Part shown: positions 34,857 to 46,420 of the stretch, piece by piece
Layout: every line of letters begins with the position of its first letter
Position numbering within the stretch: the stretch's first letter is position 1
DNA from: Fimicolochytrium jonesii
Lineage: Eukaryota
Length of the DNA: 64,000 bases
Direction of reading: 5' to 3'
NCBI RefSeq assembly: GCF_025526975.1
Contig: NW_026515671.1
Location: 1 to 64,000 of the forward strand
The notes under the pieces: generated by a model
What the model saw: only the letters and a program-made list of their open reading frames with translations
Told to the model about the DNA's origin: nothing
Database searches by the model: none
Translations under genes and position numbers: made by a program

Positions 34857-35548
34857 GGCATTTGAAGATTGCTGTGAATCGGGGGGAAGGCCGGGATGAC
34901 CGGATTGCGCGGGGGCGTGGTCGATCCCCTCTGGCGTAGCGGAGGATTCTTAGCGGCAGAATCCCGATCATAGAACGAATCGAGGTCCCTCACCCATGCA
35001 TGTAGAACGTGCGCACGAGATGTACCGCATTTGTGATGTGGTTGAAAGTAGCAACGAGGCGTAAGAAGTGGACCTATTTACCTCCTGCCCGAACGCCAGT
35101 GCCGGGGGGAGAATTCTCGCAACCCTAAAGTCTCCCAGAGTGGGCGCTGGAGGGACCGCACTATAACGAGCCACTGCACCCAGAAGCGCCCTCATTACTT
35201 GGGTACAATTGTTGGGGGTCCGTGTCCATATCCACAGAACGGCGTGGGGTTCAACGATGGGGGATGGTACAGTACGTACTGTATAGTAGTTGGGCAGCTG
35301 ACTGCGCAAACGTATTGTATGTGCGCACTGAGCGCGTCGATCAAGTGGGCTCATCTCACAAGTCTCAATTGTCAACAACTCCCCTCGGTGGTCGGTTGTG
35401 GGGTCACACACAACACAGACCACCCACTCAACACAGGCGCCTGCAGTTCAGCCGCACTTGGGAAGTGATAAAGGCTTGAACGTCGGCCGGTTCTCTTCAT
35501 TCCCCACTATCCTGAGCGGACGAGAGATCTGGGCTGGAAAAAGAAATC

Positions 35549-37542
35549 ATGGCCGTCACGCAGCGCAAACGTCCTCAGTCCGACAAGCTCGACGTCAAGC
35601 CGGCCACGTCGGCTCAGACGGGCAAGACCTGGGGAAGGGCTAGAGGTGAAGCACTCCTTGTTGCCGTTGCCATGGGCCTCCATATTCTCGTCTCGTACTG
35701 AGTGCTTTGCCTTACAGATGTCGGCTCGTTTACAATCACCTGTTCTGCGATCATCATGGCGACATGTCCCCTGATGGTTGTCTACTTCTGGATGGCCTGC
35801 ACTTCTTTCCAGTGCTCGTTGGCGGCGCCTTTCGAGAAATTGACTAGCAGAGGCTTCTCTCTTGTTGCGTTGGAGCATGGCTTGGAGGACCTAGTAAAGG
35901 ACAACTTTCCCACCCCTACCAAGGGTATGTTGTGGTAGTATGCGCGGGACGAGTGGGCATGGAGCGCTAATCAGGGTCATTTTTGTTTCATCAGAGGGGT
36001 TCCAGTTGTACTTTGCGTGGCTTTTGTTCCAAGCCGCTCTTTACGCTTTCCTGCCCGGCAAGATCGGCTACGGTCAGATGACGCCTGCTGGATACACCCT
36101 TCCCTATGTGGTACGTCGCGAACTTTCTTATTTTATTGCTGGCCCCTCAGTCCTCACAGTCAAACTGGATTGCAGGTCAACGGTCTCCTTGCCTGGGTCG
36201 TCACGCACGCGCTCTTCATCGGTGCATCCTTGGGATTGGGTCTTTTCCCCGCCTCCATCATTCACGACCACTGGGGCGGCCTTCTGATCGCCGCCAACGT
36301 CTACGGCTACTTCCTCACCATCTTCTCCTACCTGAAGGCGTACATTGCGCCTTCACACAAAGAGGACCGCAAATTCTCGGGCTCCATTGTATACGACATG
36401 TTCATGGGCATCGAGTTCAACCCCCGACTCGGCAAATATTTCGACTTCAAGCTCTTCCACAACGGGCGCCCTGGAATCGTTGCATGGACGTTGATCAACT
36501 TCTCGTTTGCCGTTGCCCAATGGCAGAGGATTGGATACGTCACAAACTCGATGGTCTTACTGAACTTCTTGCACTGGGTCTATGTGATCGACTTCTTCAT
36601 TAACGAGGTTAGTGGTTGGTTTAAGCCCTTTGAGCCAGAGCGGAAGTACTGACAGGGGCATCTGTAGGATTGGTACCTGCGGACTATTGGTAAGCCCGTC
36701 ATATGTAAACTTTGTGGTACATCAGGTTCTAGGTTCTGACGTCGCTGGCTATTTCGTCTTGTTGGTCCTTTTCAGACATTGCCCACGACCACTTTGGTTT
36801 CTGTAAGTACCGTGAAATCGACTGATGTCGAAGTCTTTTCTACCCGACGCAAGCTGATCGTCCTTCCTCGTACGTTAGACCTTTCATGGGGCGACAGTGT
36901 GTGGCTTCCGTTCATGGTACGTCCCTGCGATGTAAATCTGACTCTCGTTTTGGCGCCCTTGCTAAAACCACCTTGCTCGCTCTCCTGCAGTACACCCTCC
37001 AATCTCACTTCCTTGTTCGCAACCCGGTGGATATGAGCTGGCCATGGTTCACGTTTGTCTCTGTTCTTGGTCTCTCCGGATATTACATCTTCCGTGCGGT
37101 CAACCACCAAAAGGACATCGTCAGGAGGACCGACGGCCACTGTAAGATCTGGGGCCGTCCCGCCAAGGTCATCAGGACCGAATTCATCACCAGCGATGGA
37201 AAGACTCACAAGAGTCTGCTCCTCTGCTCTGGGTTCTGGGGTACGTCGCGTGTGTGATACTCTCACCACCTCATCCGCACTCGGATCCCAACTCCTCCCT
37301 TCCTCCCCAATCCAGGCCTCTCCCGCCACTTCAACTACGTTGGCGACCTCCTCATCTCCCTCGCCATGTGCCTGACCTGCGGCTCCGGCTACCTCCTCCC
37401 CTACTTCTACATCATCTACATGACGATCCTGCTCATGCAGCGCGTGCATCGCGATCACGAGCGGTGCAAGGGCAAGTACGGCAAGTTCTGGGAGGAGTAC
37501 TGCCGCGTCGTTCCCTACGCGGTTATTCCGTATGTGTTTTGA
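35549..37542 (+). CDS. DHCR7: 7-dehydrocholesterol reductase (ERG4/ERG24/LBR family, DHCR7 type), many exons including micro-exons
   Basis: [112 protein letters not shown]. Confidence 0.92.
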
Positions 37543-38149
37543 GCGTGCTCATTGCGCGTGAGTGTGGGTTTCTGTATCTTAAGCCAAATAGAGAGATAGT
37601 TTGGGACGGCAATTTCACTTGCCACCGAGTGGTTAGGGTCGTGTTGGGGTTGTGATAGAACGTGGTGTTGAGAATCCCGCTCGAGCGCTCGTAAAGCGTG
37701 TTGTTGAAGCCATTCTCTTTTGAACCAAGCATACTCAGAAGGAAGGTTTTTGTCTTCAAAGACGGCGGTCTCTGGGAGTTTGTTACAGGTAAGCCAGTGA
37801 CCACTGGTCAGATATACCGGAACATAAACCCAGCGTAGCAAGGAGCTAAGTCTCTCAACGGGGCCAGCGACCGCTTCGCCATTGAGCCAGACCACACACA
37901 TCGACGACTAGAACCCTCTTGAGTTTCTTGTTTGCGTGCAGAGTAGGTTACTGCGGAAGGACGGGCGCTTGCCTTGCCTTCTTCCTGGCGCCGCGCGCTT
38001 ACGCTTGCCCATGGCGACACACGGTTGCGACGACCTTGTCGATGGCGACGGTGGGTGCTGGGAGGTACTGGGAGCCGCTGTCCTAAGGGTATCTATGGAA
38101 AGAAAGGGGAACGAAACAGGAAGGGGGCTTGCACGACGCATATGATATT

Positions 38150-38430
38150 CTATTCACAACCAACTTCGTCCTCCCGGGCTCGTCTCGGGTTGCGAATCAG
38201 GATGGCCAATAGTAGCGCGGGATGACTGCGTACGGATCTTCTCCAGGCCTCCGATTCCCATCTTCCTAGGAGTTGCAGGTCTAGCGATGTGTGTCCGCGC
38301 AATGCTAACAGCGTGGCACCTCCTGCACGAAAACTTGAGGCGCCAGCGGTCCCTCCCGTTATCTGCAAGAAGATAGTTTCGAAGTACGTCCTGCTAGCGC
38401 CTCTAGCGCTCTTGCCGGATTGTAATCCAC
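38150..38430 (-). mobile_element. Degenerate tyrosine-recombinase C-terminus of a DIRS/Ngaro-type retrotransposon
   Basis: SRTYF..GASSFRAGGATLLALRG..LQLLGRWESEAWRRSVRSHPALL matches the fungal YR pattern GHSFRAGGAT..GRWxSxA..YxRxHP; catalytic H and Y are replaced. Confidence 0.75.
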
Positions 38431-38599
38431 CAGAGAGGGGTGTCCGGTGTGGAACTGGGTGTGGAATCTCGTCTCGTCAAGTGCATCGCGTCCCACACCT
38501 TCGCGCTCACTTCGCGCGCCTTTCCCTTGCACTTCCCTCTCGCTTCTCAGAACACAAACACACTCATAGTGAATATTCATACCACTCTCTTCGGCAAAA

Positions 38600-40487
38600 A
38601 TGCCCCCCCTCCTCCTCCCCTTCGGCTGGGCAGCCTCCTCTTACCTCTACTTTGCACAATCCAAGCGATTCTCAATCCTCAACGAGATCCTCGACGGCGA
38701 GGACCCCAGAGCAAGCGAGGAGGTGGCGAGGGGCGTGCATGGAAAGATGTGGGGGTGTGAGTTTCCGTTTTTGGGCAGGATGGTGAGTTTGGGAATGAGG
38801 GTTGGGGAGTATCGACCGTCGCTCACTCTCATTTCCCCAGGCCCTACACTTTGCAATGTTGAAAGCAATTGCCATCCCATCCATCGCGCAAGCCGTTCTC
38901 GACACCCAAACAGAAACGCGCCGGATTGATGGCGATTCCACCAAGAAGCAAGACGGGCGGTTACCTTCAACCACATCACCCACTTACACGTCTTCGGAAG
39001 CACTCGCGCACACCATCGAATCCACCGACCTTCTCCCCGAAGAGCTGATCGACCTTCCCGAGACCAACCCACCCGGCGAACTGGCGATTAGGAAGGGGTC
39101 GTTGTTGAGTTCGGCGTACAGGCTGAGCAACGACGAGTACGTGTACATTGTGTGCGTGATGGTCGTCGAGCCGTGTCGCTTGGTAGATCGGTGGGGGTAT
39201 CGGAAGTTCAGTAGGCGGGAGATGGATGTAAGTTGACGGGATTTGCGCGCGGGTGGGTTCGCTACGATTACGAAGAGGCTCAATTCGAATTCGAATGGAT
39301 CCCCACAGGCTCACTACGAAGTATGGCACACTATAGCAACGCGCATGGGCATCCACAACCTCCCCTCGTCCTTCGCCGCTATGCAAGCTTTCACAACCTC
39401 CTTCGAATCCCGCCACCGTCCTTCCCAATCCTCCCCCTCTTCAACATCCACCCCAACACCAACCCACACCCTCGCCGTCGCAGCAATCGACCTCCTCATC
39501 GCCACCCTCCCTCTCAAATCCCTCCACCCCTACATCCTCCCCCCCGCGCGCCGACTCGTGCACGCCCTCCTGGACCCGGACCTGAGGAAGGCGTTGGATG
39601 TGGAGAAACCGCCCGTGGTGGTAACGTGGGTTGCGGAGGTGATGCTGAGGGCGCATAGGGGCTGTGTTAGGTATTTGCTTTTGCCAAGGGCGGAGGCGAG
39701 GACGGGTGGGGAGGGTGCTACTGCCGAGATTGGGGACGGTGATGATGGGGGTGTTGCGCGACACCTCGGGGAGATACCGGGAAGTTATGGACCCGCTGGC
39801 GTTAAGCAACATGCTGGCGTTAAGCAACATCGCAGTTCACGGGATATGCGACAACCAGGCTCCGGTCCCACACGACCACTGCGCCGCGCGTCTTCCCACA
39901 ACTCCCCTGACGCCGGCGAGCACCCTAATACCGCCCACGCCGCGTTCACCAACCCCCATGAATCGTTCAGTATCCCACCCTCTGTCCTCGGCGTATACCC
40001 ACATCCCTCTCACACGGCCCCTTCTTCCGGCGAGTCGTCACCCCGCCCCCTCCTCCGCCGCCGCGCAACCTGCGCCACCTTCGACGTGAAACGCGAAGAT
40101 CCGGCGCCTTCCTCAACGCCGGTAGGCATCGCGTACACACACCACAGCTCCCTCCTCCCACGCGAACAAGACGCAAAAGTACGAAACCGTCGACACTCCA
40201 TCGTCCACATGCCGAACCATACCATACCGGCAGATGATGATGCGAGGGTTACGTTCCGGCGGTTTGGGATGCAGGCTCCGTCGCAGAAATCTGCGCACCA
40301 TCAACACCATCAACCACAGGAACAACAGCAAACGATGAAGATTCATGCGCCTATACCGCATCGGCCTATTTCGCTACGGTTTGCGGATGAGGAGGATGTG
40401 ATGGGACATGAGGAAGGGAGGGTTGCGCGTGCTGCCGATTATGGGGAGGGGGAGGGAGAGGAGTGGTGGAGGGAGAAAGTTCGGTGA
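38600..40487 (+). CDS. mpaB / ER-bound oxygenase (rubber-oxygenase-like, DUF2236) family protein with a low-complexity tail
   Basis: EFPF../ALHFAMLKAIAIPSIA, YRLSNDEYVYIVCVMVVEP..VDRWGYRKFS, WHTIATRMGIHNLP. Confidence 0.7.
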
Positions 40488-41054
40488 CGTAGCTGCTTTT
40501 TGAGTGCCTTTTTTGGGTAAGGTAGTATGTGGGTCTTGCGGTATATGGGCTTTTTGCTTCGGGGGTTCGTTTTCTTATGTTTTTTTTGGACGCGCCCCTG
40601 ATTTTCCTCGGGCGCTGATGTCGTCGTTACTGTTCTGGTTGTCCAATGTATATATTGATGCTTCCGCGTCTTCCTCGATGTCCCCCCACCCTTTCTGGTA
40701 CAAGTGGTCGCCAAGAACACGTACCTGGGCATACGTACACATACGCTATGGCAAGAGCCGCAGGCTAGGCGACTACTTCATGTTCTTTTGAGACGAGAGG
40801 GTAACGATGTAGTGTATGATATCACGTTGCGTTTGTGAAAGAGTGGTGGGTGATGAATCCGATGATGGGACAAGAGACGAGGGGACGCGTGTGCTCGATC
40901 ACATTTGATTATTGGCTACGTCAACGCCCTCCCTCTCGCTCGAAATGGGAGAACTCGGAATGGTGACGCTCTGCATTCGCACAACTCCCCTCCATCCCCA
41001 ATCTTCCCACGCCCCAGCAAAGACCGCCAGCCGCCTTCTCCCTCCCACGCAGCA

Positions 41055-43555
41055 ATGGCAGACAACGAAGCACCCTCACCCACAGACCCGCTACTGGGCC
41101 GCGCTCAAGACACTCACCCAGCCACCACCACCGAAAATAGGAGGAACAAGCATAGGAAGATCATCGCAATCACTTTTGCATCCGCTTTTGTTTTGTTGCT
41201 GGTTGCGACCGTGGGGGGGATTTGGGTTGCGAAGAGGAAGGGGAGGAATGGGGGTATGTATCGGGAGAGGGAGTGAGGGCGAGAGTGACGGCGAGCAGGA
41301 TGTTTGAGGACTAGGCCACCAGGAAAATGCTCGAGGTTCCGAGCGAAGCGACGCCGAGCCTACGGGACCGGAGGCCCAGGATTACGGATCACACACCAGC
41401 CCAACCTCCTCGTCGCGAGGGGAGCAAGCAGGATGTTGGTTTCATCCATTATCCATCAACCATCACCCTATCCAACAACCTATCCATCATCCATCGCTTC
41501 GCTTCATCCACATTCACTCACTTCGTTTCTTCCCCATAGGATCAGGCAAACGCAATGTGATTTTGATGGTCTCTGATGGATTTGGACCTGCATCCGAGAC
41601 GCTCGCGCGACAGTACTACCAGTACACGGAGAATGTGCCGTTCGACACAAAATTGCCCCTCGACACCATCCTAGGTTTGTGGACTCTCATCATCCACGGC
41701 TGATGTTCATAGGAAAGCTAATGTTGTTTCTTTTGGCATTCGCTTTAGTGGGCTCTTCCCGCACGCAGAGCTCGGACAGCTTTGTGACCGATTCGGCCGC
41801 TGGTGCCACGGCATTCGCTTGTGGGATCAAGACTTACAACGGTGCCATCGCTGTGGTCTGTATCGGATATTTCATCCAATGTGCGCCTCGGAAACCGGCC
41901 CATGTTTAACATTTTTTCGCATGTCTGCTTAATAGAACACTGAGCAGAAGCCATGTGGAACCGTCCTTGAGGCGGCAAAGGAGCAGGGATACTTGACTGG
42001 GATGGTTGTCACCTCTCGTATCACACATGGTACGGTTGCACACATAGTCAGTTCGGCCACTTGATAGAGCAGGAACTCACCATCTCTCGACATCTAGCCA
42101 CGCCGGCTTGCTTTGCGTCGCATTCTGACAGCAGGAATCTTGAGGTATGCTCAATGAGAGAAACGGTATTAGCAACGGAAGTTTGTCTTTGAACACTCAC
42201 CCTTGTTCATTTTCCCAGGACGACATCGCCCTCGACGAGATCGGCAACTACACCCTCGGTCGCCGCGCCGACCTTATGTTCGGCGGCGGCTCCTGCTTCT
42301 TCCGCCCCAAACTCGACACCCGCTCCTGCCGCGCCGACTCCATCGACGCCTTCGCCATCGCCCGCGACATCGGCTGGCACGTTGGCGCCCAAGATCGCAC
42401 CCTCTTCGACGCCCTCGACCCAACCTCCATCCCTTTGCCTTACCTCAACCTCTTTGCCGACGACCACATGGCCTACGAAATCGACCGCGATCACACCCTC
42501 GAACCCTCCCTCAAGGAAATGGCCGAAAAGGCTCTCGATATCCTCACCTATGCATCCAAGGACACTAAGGGCTTCTTCCTCATGATCGAAGGCAGCCGGA
42601 TCGATATGGCCGCCCATAACAACGACCCCGCCGCGCATATACATGAGATACTGGCCTACCAGGAGACGATCAAGACGGTGAAGAAGTATGTCGCGGAACA
42701 CCCGGATACGGTTATGATCTCGGTGTCGGATCATGAGACGGGTGGATTGTCGGTGGGCAGGCAGTTGGACCCGCATCAGTATCCGGTTTATGATTGGAAC
42801 CCGAAGGCGCTTGTTGGGGCGAAGAAGTCTATCGAAGTGTACGTTCCCATGCCATCCCCGTCCCTACTCTCTATTATATTCAAGTCACTAACCTTCCCAT
42901 GTCTCCACAAGTCTAACACCCCAAATCGCATCCTTCCCCGAACGCAAACTCCCCCTCCGCCGCATCTGGGTCAACAACACGATTCTGGCCAACACGCTCG
43001 GCGTGCATGACGCGACATTGGAAGAGATTGATAGCTTGGCGGTGAGGGGGACGGCCGAGGTGGATATTTTGATGAGCTTGGGCGAGATTTTGAGCAGGAG
43101 GGCTGGGTTGGGGTGGTAAGTTGGGGCCAGAGGGGTGGAGTTGGGTCGGGAGATGAGGTTAACGGTTTTTTCGATCCTATTGCGCAGGGCAACGCATGGT
43201 CACTCTGCCGTTGATGTCAACCTGGTAAGTTCAGACCATCTCGCTCATTCTGCGGTCTTCATCCCCTCACTAACCCCCCCACCCTTGGTAGTATGCATAC
43301 GGCCTCAACGCCGACCAACTCCGTGGCAACCACGAAAACACCGAGATCGGCAAATTCATCATCAGGCAGTTGGAGTTGGATGTTGAAAAGATCACTGCCA
43401 AACTCAACAGGTATAAGAACAATGCGAAGGGGGTTTGCGTATGGATTGGACTGATTGGTGAATGATTGGGTTGTAGTCCAGACGCCAAGAAGCGATCCAC
43501 GGCCACGAAGAAGGAGTTTGATGTGAAACACTATCATCATGGAGAGTCGTTGTAG
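41055..43555 (+). CDS. PHO8: Membrane-anchored alkaline phosphatase (Pho8 type), multi-exon
   Basis: N-terminal TM; NVILMVSDGFG, VTDSAAGATAFACGIKTYNGAI, TSRITHATPA, GFFLMIEGSRIDMAAHNND, SDHETGG, HGHSAVDVNL. Confidence 0.95.
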
Positions 43556-43865
43556 AAACCACCTTCCCCTCGTATCTTATGAGACGCGTACTGTACATCC
43601 CGCATTCACCCCCCCTTTTCCAATCTCATTTTTCGTTTAGCTGTTACCACACCTTCCCATCCCCATGTAGGCAAACAGTAACTACCTTCCATTCATGCTT
43701 GTTATGTACATATCGCAGAATCTCATATAAACATACAGCAGTAACGAGAATGGGAAAGGTCTAGAGTAATGGCTCTCAAAAGTAAACTATCACTACGCCG
43801 CGTGCGAGGCAAATTCGAAAAGTGGGATTACGCCGTCTTCTATGACGAGGGACCCGCCGCTTGCC

Positions 43866-44137
43866 CGTAATCCCGTCGTCAAGCTTGACCACTGCATCCA
43901 GGAGCCGATTCGAAGGCCAGCCCTGTAAAGGCTGGGTGTTACGAACCCTACTCCTAACCCAACCCTAACTGGGGCACTTAAAACTTATAGGTAGTTGCTA
44001 ACGTCCCTACCCACTACCAAGGATTTGGAGGGTGCAGCGGCGGAGTAGGGGTTTGCGAGTGATTCACTGGGGGCGCTGGTTGTCGTGGGTTCGGATTGTC
44101 CGCAGGTATTGTAGCGCGAGCCGGCGACGGGTTTTAC
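43866..44137 (+). ncRNA. Putative structured ncRNA (~270 nt); candidate telomerase RNA
   Basis: Nested long-range helices, AACCCTAAC template-like motif, possible H-type pseudoknot, ends in TTTT. Lies between two convergent genes. Identity unconfirmed. Confidence 0.4.
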
Positions 44138-44184
44138 GTAGATGTATAGATGGATGAGTATAGGGGTCCCGGGCGTAGGTCTAC

Positions 44185-44223
44185 ATTCACCTCAGTCTAG
44201 ATTCACCTCAGAGATTCACTCAG
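44185..44223. repeat. Three short direct repeats ATTCAC(C)TCAG
   Basis: attcacctcag-tctag-attcacctcag-ag-attcactcag. Confidence 0.7.
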
Positions 44224-44340
44224 AGCGGTTGTATCATCCCAAAAATGTATATACAGTATGTAAATGACAAACCTCGCAACGGTCGCCAATCTTATAGCGT
44301 CGGCGAACTGTCCCTTCCATCGAACGATCCATCCTACCCC

Positions 44341-45757
44341 TCATCCCCTCAGTAACAACCCAACAATTGGCACTACCAAAATCGGCAAAACCACCTGCCA
44401 CATCTGCCCCAACGCCTCCCCTCCATCACTCGTGATCGGCTCGACCTTCAGTGTCGACGTCGCCGCCGCCTTCCTCGTCGCCGCCGTACTGCTTGCCCCA
44501 CTGACCCCGCCACCAAAAGGCGACACATTCGTCGTCTCCGCACACCTCGTCCCATTCCCACCCACCCCATTCAACAACCCCCACAACACCCCAGAATACG
44601 TAATAGAGTCATTCCCACTACACGGCCGATTCAACACATCAAAACTCACATCCTGCATCGCCAGCCCCCCAAACCCCCCCACTGCCTTCACCCGCTCCCA
44701 GAACCCCGCCTCATACACACTCTGAAGCCGCACATAATCTCCCGTCGCCCCATTGACCCATTCCGGGGTATACCAGCTCGGCAACGTGACGACCAACGAG
44801 GTGTTTGGCGATGCCGCGGTGAGGAACGTGGCCCAGGCGGTGAGGTGGGAGTAGAAACCGGCGGTGTTGCTGCTGTACCCGCAGGTGGCCGGGTTGGAGA
44901 GCATGGAGATGGTGAGGTGGGTGAAGGCGGTTGGGAGGAGGGAGAGGAGGGTGTTGTTCAACGTGTTTGGGCCCAGGAGGTAGTCGGGGTAGATGCAGGA
45001 TACGGCGCCTGTGACATGTGATACACTGTACATCAATCATTTGGAATCCCTTTAAACATTCGACATGGGAGACGTACCAGAAATGACCCACCCACTCCTC
45101 CCACTCCCGTCCATCAACTCCCTCAACGTCCTCAGAAACACCACATAGAGTTCCGGGTTCGGGTCATTATTCCACGCCCGTACCTCCACCCCATCCAACA
45201 CCACATTCCCAAACGGTCGGTAGCTTGACGTGCCCCCCAGGAACAAGTTCCATACATTCCGTGCAGAGGCTTCGGCGCGAGTGGCGGTGAGGAGGTAGTC
45301 CATCGGCGCTGGTCAGATGCGTTAGCGCCATGGGTGATGTAACACCTTCTTGGCGATACGGAAACTCACATATTGAGAGAATGACCTTCTTCCCCGCCGC
45401 ATGACAAACCTCCACATCCAGCCCCACATTGCCACAGTCCAGCACATTGAACCCTTTGACGGGATCAGGATATCCGGCCCATTTATTCGTCGGCCACCTG
45501 CAATGCGCATCCAAATCCAGCGCCGAGTTATTCAGGACATCAAAATGCAGTTTCATGTATGAGAGGTGGATGTGCGTGTAGGGTGTAGAGGTGCAGATTG
45601 TTGCGAGGGAGGGTTCGGTGTAGGCTGAGGGAGAGGTGGGGGAGGAGGGGTATTGGTTTTGGGCGAGGTTGGCGCCCCAGTAGCCGTGCAGGGTGTAAGC
45701 GTGGGTGGGGTGGGAGAGGTAGGAGAGCAGGAGGGTGGTGGCGAGGAGGAAGGACAT
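44341..45757 (-). CDS. Secreted, probably GPI-anchored GH18 class III chitinase-like protein, catalytically degenerate, 3 exons
   Basis: Signal peptide; GYWG.N, C..AGKKVILSI, VWNLFLGG..RPFGNVVLDG; DxDxE replaced by ExRxW; hydrophobic C-terminus. Confidence 0.8.
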
Positions 45758-46420
45758 GGTGGTGGTGTGGTGGTGTTTGTAAGCGTGGGAGCCGGAGGGG
45801 GTTGGAGGAAGGGATGTGTGGGTTTCCTGCGTTGTTCCTCACGGCAGATGGTTAAACCCGCGGGATTGTTACGAGAAGAGCGAGTACAGGTTGTTGGGCG
45901 TCAAGTTGGCGCGACAAGTTGGGGCGTGCCGCACTACCTCTACAGGACTGTGGTGAAGCTAGAAACAAGCTGCGGATGCTCTTTGTGAAATCGTAATGGG
46001 GGGCAACAGAAGCTGGACGGTTATGACGGTGCACCTTCGCGCTGTCGCTTTCGCGTTCAAGCGAGAATCCGGCATAAGTCGCCCGCAGGCCGCGTTCTCA
46101 TGTTGACAGCGCCTGGCGCGTGTTCTCCAGTTCCGTCCCCGTCGTCAGGAGTCGAGAACCAGAAGAACGACTGAAGAACGACCTACAGCACACCTATACA
46201 GGACCCACCCCATCGACGACAAGGAAATACCCTGCGAAATACCTCCCTACAGAGCACTAGGAGGGCACTCACCCCGGCCACTAACTATCCCCACAGTTCC
46301 ACTCGAAAACGCTAGCAGGAAAGGAAACCCCCGTCTGTCCATCGGCCAAACTCCCTCCCTACCCGCCAGCAACAACACCACCCAACAACAACCAACAAAA
46401 CAACCCCTCAGAATCCCACC

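Noticed and set aside
34884..35160. RNase P/MRP or tRNA identity for the structured region
   Set aside because: CR-I/CR-V consensus and a proper B box are not present.
39795..39830. 18-bp tandem duplication (AGVKQH x2)
   Set aside because: Ordinary in-frame slippage in a disordered region.
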